Origin: an uncultured Eubacteriales bacterium
Lineage (GTDB): Bacteria > Bacillota > Clostridia > Christensenellales > Aristaeellaceae
Direction of reading: 5' to 3'
DNA length: 42,668 nucleotides
Assembly: GCA_902787475.1 (NCBI GenBank)
Contig: CADAGW010000001.1
Span: forward strand, 1-42,668
The position numbers and the translations under genes were made by a program. How positions within the stretch are numbered: position 1 is the first letter of the stretch; each line of letters begins with the position of its first letter. Of the stretch, positions 35,660 to 42,668 are shown piece by piece. The notes beneath the pieces are model-generated. The model ran no database searches, was not told the origin of the DNA, and saw nothing but the letters and a program-made list of their open reading frames with translations.

Positions 35660-36712
35660 ATGATACGCACAGGCATATTGGGCTTTGCCCACGGCCACTG
35701 CGCCGCCATCGTGAGGCAGTGGCTGGATCATCCGGAATACGGCGTAGAGGTAGCGGGCGGCTGGGATCACGATCCCACCCGTGCCCGGACCAGCTGCCGT
35801 GATTTCGGCATCCCCTGTTTTTCTTCGCTGGAGGAGATCCTCTCCTCCGGCATTTCCGCGGTACTGATCACCTCCGAGACCGGGCACCACGCATCCCTTG
35901 TGGAGGCCGCGGCCAGGGCCGGCAAGGACATCATCCTCTATAAGCCCATGGCCCTCACCATGGCCGAGGCCGACCGCATCGTGGACGCGGTGGAGAAAAA
36001 CGGCGTCCGCTTCACCATGGCCTGGCAGATGCGCACCGACCCCCAGAACCAGCGCATGAAGGACATGATCGCGGGAGAGGAGCTGGGCAAGACCTGCCTG
36101 TTCCGCCGCCGCCATTCCCTGCCCACCCAGACCTGGGCCAACTTCGGCTCCACCTGGCACTGCGACCCGGCCATGAACCGGGACATATTCGCCGACGACT
36201 CCGCCCATCCCATCAACCTGATGCTGTGGATCTTCGGCATGCCCGAGACCGTGTCCTGCGAGATGAGCACCATGCTCGATCCCGCGGTGGTCAACGACAA
36301 CGCGGTGGCCCTGTTCAAATATTCAAACGGCCTCATCGCCGAGATCTCCTGCTCCTTCACCTGCTGCGCCTCCGAGATCACCACCGAGGTGTACTGCGAG
36401 AAGGGCTCCATACAGCAGTATTTCGGCGACAATCCCTCCGCCCGGCTGCCCCGGCCAGGCAATATGCCCGGCCTCAAATGGTACCGGGAGGGAGACAAGG
36501 ACTGGACCGACAGCGGCATCCCCAGCCCCGACTCCCACGGCCCGCGGCTGGGCTGGCAGGCGGAGCCCCTTGCCCGCTTCCTGGCGGGCGCAGATCCCAT
36601 ATGCACCGCCCGGGAGGGCCGGGACACGCTGCGGCTGGTGCTCTCCTGCTATCTCTCCGCCCGTCAGGGCCGCCGGGTCAGCGTGCAGGATCCGGCCATA
36701 TATGACATTTAA
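35660..36712 (+). CDS. Gfo/Idh/MocA-like oxidoreductase, divergent (YKP in place of EKP)
   Basis: N-terminus GILGFAHGH and ILYKPMA at the position of the EKP motif. Family-like length and C-terminal domain. Confidence 0.7.
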   Translation: MIRTGILGFAHGHCAAIVRQWLDHPEYGVEVAGGWDHDPTRARTSCRDFGIPCFSSLEEILSSGISAVLITSETGHHASLVEAAARAGKDIILYKPMALTMAEADRIVDAVEKNGVRFTMAWQMRTDPQNQRMKDMIAGEELGKTCLFRRRHSLPTQTWANFGSTWHCDPAMNRDIFADDSAHPINLMLWIFGMPETVSCEMSTMLDPAVVNDNAVALFKYSNGLIAEISCSFTCCASEITTEVYCEKGSIQQYFGDNPSARLPRPGNMPGLKWYREGDKDWTDSGIPSPDSHGPRLGWQAEPLARFLAGADPICTAREGRDTLRLVLSCYLSARQGRRVSVQDPAIYDI

Positions 36713-36727
36713 GGAGGAGGAACCGCT

Positions 36728-38107
36728 ATGAGCAAGAAACCCAACCTGCTCTTTTTCGGCATCGACAGCCTGCGCCGGGACCACATGAGTCATTACGGCT
36801 ACGGCCGCCTCACCACCCCCCACATCACCGAGTACGCCAAGGGCGGCGTCACCTTCAATAAATGCTTCTCCCCCCACATCCCCACCACCCCCGGCTATTC
36901 CAACATGCTCACCGGCCGGGACTGCTTCGGCACCGACGTGGTGGGCCTGTCCCAGAGCCACATCGTGGAGGGGGTGCCCGTGCTGTCCGAAATGCTCCGC
37001 AAGGAGGGCTACACCACCACCTGCGTGGGCTTCGAGTGGAACGCCGCGGGCCGGGGCTACGACAAATACATCGACTTCCCCGGCTGGGGCCCGGACCGGG
37101 ACGACATGCGGGCTCACAAGGCCGAGGCCCTGAACGCCGTGGCCATTCCCGAATTGGACCGTCTGGCCGCCCAGGACAAGCCCTGGTTCCTGTTCCTGCG
37201 CCACATGGATCCCCACTCCCCCTATCTGCCGCCCCAGCCCTTCCAGGACATGTTCTTCCAGGGCGACGCCTTCGACCCCAACGACAAGCGGATGCAGAAG
37301 GTGTACGACTTCAAGCCCTTCGGCGACTACATCGGCTCCTGGGTACCCCAGGGCTGCACCAACCCCGAATACGTCATCGGCCAGTACGACGCCGCCGTGG
37401 CGTATATGGACTCCTGCATACAGCAGATCCTCTCCAGGCTCAAATACCTGGGCCTCGAGGAGGACACCATCGTGGTGTTCGTTTCCGACCACGGCGAGAC
37501 CCTCTACGACCACGACTGCTATTTCGATCATCACGGCATGTACGACTGCACCCTGGTGGTGCCGCTGATCATCCGCTGGAAGGGCCACCTGCCCGAGGGC
37601 GTGCGCATCGACGACTACTGCCAGCTCAAGGACGTGACCCCCACGCTTCTGGACATCATGGGCATCGACGCGGGCGTGCCCTTTGACGGGCGGAGCCTCA
37701 TGCCCCTGGTCCGCGGCCAGGAGCGCACGCCGGAGCCGGAGTTCTACATCACCGAGTGCACCTGGATGCGCAAGCACGGCTGGCGCACCCCCGAGTGGAA
37801 GCTGATGGTGTCTCTGGAGCCGGACTTCCACTATAAGCCCCAGGTGGAGCTGTACAACCTGATCACCGATCCGGATGAGAACCACAACCTGGCCGACGAG
37901 TGCCCGGAGATGGTGGAATGTCTCAAAAAGCGGATGTACGCCTGGATCGACAAGCGGGAAAAGGAAGTGGGCCGCACCGCCCCCATCTACCGCAACTTCC
38001 TGCGTCCCGAGGGCCCCTTCGCCTCCTCCAAGGAAGCCTACGAGGGCAAATACATCGGCGGCATTGCCGAGGCCGTGAAGCTGCAGGCGGCCAACAAGAA
38101 AAAGTAA
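36728..38107 (+). CDS. Sulfatase-fold (alkaline phosphatase superfamily) protein lacking the formylglycine motif
   Basis: N-terminal LLFFGIDSLRRDH metal site and SDHGE. T-T-P-G-Y-SNMLTGR replaces C-x-P-x-R-xxxxTGR. No signal peptide. Confidence 0.8.
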   Translation: MSKKPNLLFFGIDSLRRDHMSHYGYGRLTTPHITEYAKGGVTFNKCFSPHIPTTPGYSNMLTGRDCFGTDVVGLSQSHIVEGVPVLSEMLRKEGYTTTCVGFEWNAAGRGYDKYIDFPGWGPDRDDMRAHKAEALNAVAIPELDRLAAQDKPWFLFLRHMDPHSPYLPPQPFQDMFFQGDAFDPNDKRMQKVYDFKPFGDYIGSWVPQGCTNPEYVIGQYDAAVAYMDSCIQQILSRLKYLGLEEDTIVVFVSDHGETLYDHDCYFDHHGMYDCTLVVPLIIRWKGHLPEGVRIDDYCQLKDVTPTLLDIMGIDAGVPFDGRSLMPLVRGQERTPEPEFYITECTWMRKHGWRTPEWKLMVSLEPDFHYKPQVELYNLITDPDENHNLADECPEMVECLKKRMYAWIDKREKEVGRTAPIYRNFLRPEGPFASSKEAYEGKYIGGIAEAVKLQAANKKK

Positions 38108-38117
38108 GGAGGCCCTT

Positions 38118-39128
38118 ATGCTCAGAGTCTGTGTCATAGGCCTTGGCCACATCGGCAACCTCCACGCCAGCATCTACCAGGAGGACGACCTGGTGGATCT
38201 GGTGGGCGTGTGCGACATCCGGGAGGACCGGGCCCTGGCCGCCTCCAAGCGCTTCCAGGTGCCCTACTACCTGGACGCCCCCACCATGCTCCGGGAGCTC
38301 AAGCCGGACCTGGTCAGCGTGGCCACCGGCGGCTACGAATACTCCTCCGATCACTTCCTGCCCACCATGCAGGCCCTGGAGGCGGGCTGCCACGTGCTGT
38401 GCGAAAAGCCCATCAGCAACCTGATCGAGAACGGGCAGAAGATGGTGGACATGGCGGAGAAGATGAACCGCTGCTTCGCCCTGGACTTCAACCACCGCTT
38501 CACCCCCGCCGCCCGGGCGGCCAAGAAGTGGCAGGACGAGGGCCTGATCGGCGACCTTCTGTTCTGCAACATGGCCCTGTGGATCGGCAAGCCCCAGGAC
38601 TTCGAGTCCCCCTACTATCACTTAAAGGCTCTGAACCCCCACTCCTGCGAGATCATCCGCTACTTCATGGGCCCGGTGGAGGCCGTGCAGTGCTTCGCCA
38701 TGAAGGCGCCGGGCAGGACCATATGGTCCACCGCCTCCATCAACATGAAATTCGAGTGCGGCGCGGTGGGGCATCTCACCTCCTCCTACGACATCGCCCG
38801 GGGCCATCCCATGGAGCGGTGCGAGGTGGCGGGCGTGAAGGGCCGGCTGGTGTTTGAGGACATGTGGCGGGAGGCCACCCTCTACCCCGCCGGCAACCCC
38901 GAAAAGCGGGTCTACACCAACCCCGTATTCGGCGGCTACGCCAACTTCGACGACACCTTCCGGGAGCGTATCCGCTCCTTCGTGCGCCAGGTGGACCGGG
39001 GCGACAAGCCCGAGGACATCGACGGCAGCGGCCGCCAGGGCCTGGAGGCCCAAAAGGTGATCCACGCCGCCATCCGCTCCCTGGACACCGGCAAGGTGGT
39101 CTACCTGAAGGAAATGTACGGCGAATGA
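38118..39128 (+). CDS. Gfo/Idh/MocA family oxidoreductase (paralog of 39967..41082)
   Basis: VIGLGHIGNLHA, VLCEKPIS, DFNHRFT. AAGGAGG RBS. Confidence 0.85.
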   Translation: MLRVCVIGLGHIGNLHASIYQEDDLVDLVGVCDIREDRALAASKRFQVPYYLDAPTMLRELKPDLVSVATGGYEYSSDHFLPTMQALEAGCHVLCEKPISNLIENGQKMVDMAEKMNRCFALDFNHRFTPAARAAKKWQDEGLIGDLLFCNMALWIGKPQDFESPYYHLKALNPHSCEIIRYFMGPVEAVQCFAMKAPGRTIWSTASINMKFECGAVGHLTSSYDIARGHPMERCEVAGVKGRLVFEDMWREATLYPAGNPEKRVYTNPVFGGYANFDDTFRERIRSFVRQVDRGDKPEDIDGSGRQGLEAQKVIHAAIRSLDTGKVVYLKEMYGE

Positions 39129-39952
39129 ACGTCATGACCTGGGCCTCCCTGTGCAGGGACTACCATCCCGGCGACCCCCAGGTGCTGGTCATGAGCGCCA
39201 ACCACGCCGGGGTGTCCCTGCACAGCCACGAGGTATACGAAATGGTCTACGTCCGCTCCGGCTTCTGCCTGCACGAGTGCGACGACCAAATGACCCTGCT
39301 CACCGAGGGCGACTTCTTCCTGATCCGCCCTGGCCAGAGCCACCGCTACCTGGGCAGCCGGGCGGTGGAGCTGTACAACTGTCTCTTCGGCGAGGGCTGT
39401 GTGCCCGCTCGCCTGCGCTCCCATCCCCTGCTGGCCGCCTCGCCCCTGCCCCGGGCCCATCTGGACCTGAGCGAGAGAAAGGCGGTGACCCGGCTTCTGG
39501 AGCGGATCCTCGCCGAGCTTGAATCCCGGCCCACGGCCTGGGAAACGTCTGTTGAAAGCCTGCTGGGCCAGCTCCTGTGCGAATACGTGCGGGTGTCCGA
39601 GCGGCGGGGCCTCTACGGCGACACGGCGCTCTACGCGGGCTACGTCACCCCCACTCTGGCCTATATCGACCGGATGTACGACCAGGAGATCACCATGAGC
39701 GGCCTGGCCCGGGAAATGGGCGTGTCCCCGGACTACCTGACCCGCCAGTTCAAGCTCATGGCGGGCATCACCCCCCTCACCTACCTGCGCCGGTTCCGCA
39801 TCGCCCGGGCCATGGAGCTGTTGGGCCAGGGCATATCCGCCTCGGAGGCGGCACAGCGGGTGGGCTTTCACTCCCTGTCCCACTTTTCCCGGGAATTCAA
39901 GCGGGAATTGGGCATATCCCCCACGCAGTTCAAGCAACAGGAACACACATAA
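39125..39952 (+). CDS. AraC-family transcriptional regulator (cupin sensor plus HTH), embedded in the operon
   Basis: Cupin-like HSHEVYEMVYVRSG...GDFFLIRPGQSHRY and a C-terminal AraC HTH (GFHSLSHFSREFKRELGISPTQF). The ATG overlaps the upstream stop (ATGA). Confidence 0.85.
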   Translation: MNVMTWASLCRDYHPGDPQVLVMSANHAGVSLHSHEVYEMVYVRSGFCLHECDDQMTLLTEGDFFLIRPGQSHRYLGSRAVELYNCLFGEGCVPARLRSHPLLAASPLPRAHLDLSERKAVTRLLERILAELESRPTAWETSVESLLGQLLCEYVRVSERRGLYGDTALYAGYVTPTLAYIDRMYDQEITMSGLAREMGVSPDYLTRQFKLMAGITPLTYLRRFRIARAMELLGQGISASEAAQRVGFHSLSHFSREFKRELGISPTQFKQQEHT

Positions 39953-39966
39953 AGGAGGACAACATC

Positions 39967-41082
39967 ATGGCTCTCAAGACCGCTGTTGTGGGTATGGGCG
40001 GTATCGGCAATACCCACGCCACCTGCTACAAGAACAACGATTTGGCCGAGCTGGTCGCCGTGTGCGACATCGTCAAGGAAAAGGCCGACGCCGCCGCCGA
40101 GAAATTCGGCGTGCCCGCCTTCTATTCCGAGGAAGAGATGCTCAAGGCCATGCCGGAGATCGACATCGTGTCCGTCACCACCTCCGGTTACGACAACGGC
40201 TCCATGCACTTCGAGCCCGCCATGATCGCCCTGGACTACGGCAAGAACGTACTGGTGGAAAAGCCCATCTGCGCGGACGTGCGGGACGCCCGCGAGCTGG
40301 TGGCCTTCGCCAACAAGAAAAAGCTCTACCTTGGCTGTGACCTGAACCACTACTTCACCGGCCCCGCCGCCGACGCCAAGCAGCTGCAGAAGGACGGCAA
40401 GGTGGGCGAGCTGGTGTACTGCATCCACAAGGTGGGCTTCAACGGCACCCAGGACTCCTACAAGGGCCCCGGCTCTCCCCGCTGGCAGACCCCCTACTCT
40501 CACCTGAAAGCCTTCTGCGCCCATCCCTTCTCCGTGATGCGCTACTTCTGCGGCGACGTGGTGGCCCTTCAGGCCTTCCTGGACAAGCCCGGCGTCCGCC
40601 AGACCGCCGAGGATCCCATGCTGTCCATCAACTCCATCCACATGAAGTTCGCCAACGGCGGCACGGGCTATCTGATCAGCCAGCGGGGCGACGCCATGTT
40701 CGGCTACGGCGGCTGGTGGAGCTATGAGCACTGCGGCGCCAAGTCCACCTTCGCCATCGAGAACTGCGTGGAGAAGCTCCACGTGTGGGAGCCCAAGAAC
40801 AACGACCCCGAGCGGGGCACCATGAACCAGGCCACTCCCGCCCCCGTGACCAAGGAATACGGCGTCAGCGACTTCTCCTCTACCTTCCCCAACCGCATCG
40901 GCGCGTTCCTGGAGGACATCACCAACAAGGTGCCCTACGAGCACATCCGTGCCTCCGGCCGGGACGCCCTGGCCACCCTGGAATACACCTTCGCGGCCAT
41001 CAAGTCCTACGAGAACGGCGGCGCGCTGGTAGTGCCCGAGGCTCTGCCCCCGATGCACGGCGACATCTCCCTGGTGTACTGA
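39967..41082 (+). CDS. Gfo/Idh/MocA family oxidoreductase (paralog of 38118..39128)
   Basis: VVGMGGIGNTHA, VLVEKPIC, DLNHYFT. AAAGGAGG RBS at the internal ATG 39967. Confidence 0.85.
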   Translation: MALKTAVVGMGGIGNTHATCYKNNDLAELVAVCDIVKEKADAAAEKFGVPAFYSEEEMLKAMPEIDIVSVTTSGYDNGSMHFEPAMIALDYGKNVLVEKPICADVRDARELVAFANKKKLYLGCDLNHYFTGPAADAKQLQKDGKVGELVYCIHKVGFNGTQDSYKGPGSPRWQTPYSHLKAFCAHPFSVMRYFCGDVVALQAFLDKPGVRQTAEDPMLSINSIHMKFANGGTGYLISQRGDAMFGYGGWWSYEHCGAKSTFAIENCVEKLHVWEPKNNDPERGTMNQATPAPVTKEYGVSDFSSTFPNRIGAFLEDITNKVPYEHIRASGRDALATLEYTFAAIKSYENGGALVVPEALPPMHGDISLVY

Positions 41083-41083
41083 T

Positions 41084-42463
41084 ATGAATCTGCTGATCGT
41101 CAACGCGGACCAGCTGCGGCATGACATGATCGGTTTTCGGGGTCTTCATCCGGTGAAGACCCCGAATTTGGATCGTCTGGCCGCGGCCTCTACGGTATAC
41201 ACCCGGGCCTTCACCCCTGTGCCTGTGTGCGCCCCGGCCCGGCAGGCCCTTCTCTGCGGGCGGCATCCCGATTCCTTCGGGGCCTCCTGGAACTACGACC
41301 AGATGAAGACCCTGCCCACCCCCACGGTACAGCCCGCCTGGTGCTGGACCCGGCACCTGCCGGACATGGGCTATCAGACGGCCTACCTGGGCCGCTTTCA
41401 CGTGTCCCCCACCTGTAAGCCCGCGGACTTCGGCTACCAGCGGCACGTCAGCTGGCAGGGCCACAAGGATCTTCTCAAATCCAAATACGCCGACGCGGCC
41501 TTTACCGGCGGCTGGCTGGGGTGCACCAGTCCCATCCCCCTGGAGGACACCGGCACCCACTGGATGGCCCGTCAGGCCTGCCAGGTGATCGATGAATTCG
41601 CCGCGGCGAACAAGCCCTGGCACATCTGGGTGGACTACGAGGAGCCCCATCTCCCCTGCCGGCCCAGCGAGCCCTTCGCCAGTATGTATTCCCCCTCCGG
41701 CGTGGACCAGTGGGACGGCTACGGCGACACCTTTTTCCACAAGCCCTACATCCACCGCCAGCAGACCATCTCCTGGGACACGGACGGCTACTCCTGGGAC
41801 GATTTCTCCCAGATGGTGGCCCGGTACTACGCGGTGGTGTCCCAGCTGGACGACGCCATAGGCCGGATCCTCACCAAGCTGGAGGAAACGGGTCAGGCGA
41901 ACGACACCATCGTAGTGTTCACCTCCGACCACGGCGACATGTGCGGCAGTCACCAGATGCTGGACAAGCACTACGTACTCTACGACGACATATGCCGGGT
42001 GCCCTTCATGGTTCGCTATCCCGGCAAGGCGCCCTCCGTGCGGGACGATTTCGTATACAACGTGCTGGATCTGCCCGCCTCCATCGTCCGCTGGCTGGGT
42101 CTTCCGGCCCAGGAGGTGGAGCACGGCGCGCCCCTGCCCCTGTCCCGCGACGAGAACCCCTGCCCCCGCTCCTTCGTGTCCTCTACCGGCGAGGGCCAGC
42201 AGATGGGCCTGTATTCCACCCGCATGATCCGGGACGACCGCTACAAATACGTGTGGAATCTGACGGACGTGGACGAGCTCTACGATCTGGACTCCGACCC
42301 CGGCGAGAAGGTGAACCTCATCGACCGGCCGGAGCACTCTGACCGCGTCGCCGCCATGCGCCGCCTTCTCCACGACCACCTTCTCACCCACAATGATCCC
42401 TTCGCCGGCAACGGCTGGATGGAGAACCAGCTCCTCCGCGGCCGCAAGCACGTGCCGTGGTGA
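41084..42463 (+). CDS. Cys-type sulfatase (cytoplasmic)
   Basis: Canonical C-A-P-A-R-QALLCGR formylglycine motif, N-terminal ADQLRHD, SDHGDMCGSH. No signal peptide. The start lies 1 nt after the upstream stop. Confidence 0.9.
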   Translation: MNLLIVNADQLRHDMIGFRGLHPVKTPNLDRLAAASTVYTRAFTPVPVCAPARQALLCGRHPDSFGASWNYDQMKTLPTPTVQPAWCWTRHLPDMGYQTAYLGRFHVSPTCKPADFGYQRHVSWQGHKDLLKSKYADAAFTGGWLGCTSPIPLEDTGTHWMARQACQVIDEFAAANKPWHIWVDYEEPHLPCRPSEPFASMYSPSGVDQWDGYGDTFFHKPYIHRQQTISWDTDGYSWDDFSQMVARYYAVVSQLDDAIGRILTKLEETGQANDTIVVFTSDHGDMCGSHQMLDKHYVLYDDICRVPFMVRYPGKAPSVRDDFVYNVLDLPASIVRWLGLPAQEVEHGAPLPLSRDENPCPRSFVSSTGEGQQMGLYSTRMIRDDRYKYVWNLTDVDELYDLDSDPGEKVNLIDRPEHSDRVAAMRRLLHDHLLTHNDPFAGNGWMENQLLRGRKHVPW

Positions 42464-42668
42464 GAGGCGAGGGGAGACGAGGAGACGCTGGGGCCTCCCC
42501 GATCCTCAATTCGCAATAGTCGCTTTTGAAATCCGTATATTCAAAAGCTCCTTTGCTCATTGGGCTCTCTACGGCACGATTCCGCCACTGGCGGGTGCCT
42601 CCGTTCGCCCCTCAGACTCCTCGCCAAAGGGACATTGTCCCTTTGGAATCCCATTTTCCGCCCTTCGG
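42464..42668 (+). repeat. Copy C (full length, forward, truncated by the window end) of the structured gene-3'-end repeat family
   Basis: Begins right after the sulfatase stop codon. Modules: purine-rich lead, gacgctggggcctcccc, the 111-nt core, hairpin ccaaagggac-att-gtccctttgg, then aatcccattttccgcccttcgg. Confidence 0.75.

Noticed and set aside
15547-42668. Whether the three repeat copies could be a CRISPR array or part of an IS or transposon.
   Set aside because: The copies are 15 kb and 11 kb apart with no regular spacing and no cas genes. No transposase, integrase or recombinase ORF appears anywhere in the window. The copies are therefore reported only as interspersed repeats.

Overview
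This is a 42.7-kb, high-GC chromosomal segment (roughly 60-65% GC by eye). Its gene content fits a spore-forming Clostridia-type Firmicute: GerM-like and YhcN/YlaJ-like lipoproteins, DUF1292/DUF896, and a split short-chain ChrA pair. All family calls come from motif recognition on the supplied translations; no BLAST or HMM search was possible.

Gene order:
- Left to middle: a partial Myb/SANT-like repeat protein; a chrA pair; a minus-strand string of typA, recF and a zinc-ribbon membrane protein, preceded by a broken prfC; tadA; a Gfo/Idh/MocA oxidoreductase; gap; a secreted protein with an internal PepSY-like duplication; DUF1292/DUF896; a long uridine-kinase-like protein; a spore-type lipoprotein.
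- Middle: a four-gene minus-strand operon (OmpR-type regulator, histidine kinase, GerM-like lipoprotein, ComEA-like protein); a DD-carboxypeptidase; an SGNH hydrolase; a GH95-like protein; lon; engB; cca; a lipoprotein; yceD-rpmF.
- Right third (31.2-42.5 kb), the accessory-looking part: a GH29 fucosidase, a HelD-type helicase, and a tightly packed seven-gene operon with an embedded AraC regulator. The operon encodes a xylose-isomerase-like TIM barrel, three Gfo/Idh/MocA oxidoreductases and two cytoplasmic sulfatase-fold proteins. One sulfatase has a canonical C-x-P-x-R motif; the other has T-T-P-G-Y there. I consider this operon the best candidate for an undescribed catabolic system, possibly an NAD-dependent oxidative route for a sulfated sugar or glycoside.

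Other notable points:
- The right-hand block is bracketed by inverted copies of a structured ~200-bp repeat. A third, shorter copy lies at 15.5 kb. All three copies start just after a stop codon in the same orientation relative to the upstream gene, and one hairpin shows three compensatory base-pair changes.
- prfC lacks the ~20 codons that encode the GTPase P-loop and is frameshifted.
- A consensus promoter fires antisense into tadA.
- A coding-like stretch runs in frame from the engB stop codon into cca.
- Two abutting perfect consensus promoters precede yceD-rpmF.
- A palindromic repeat cluster lies downstream of rpmF.

I saw no CRISPR array, rRNA, tRNA, transposase, integrase or recognisable defence genes.
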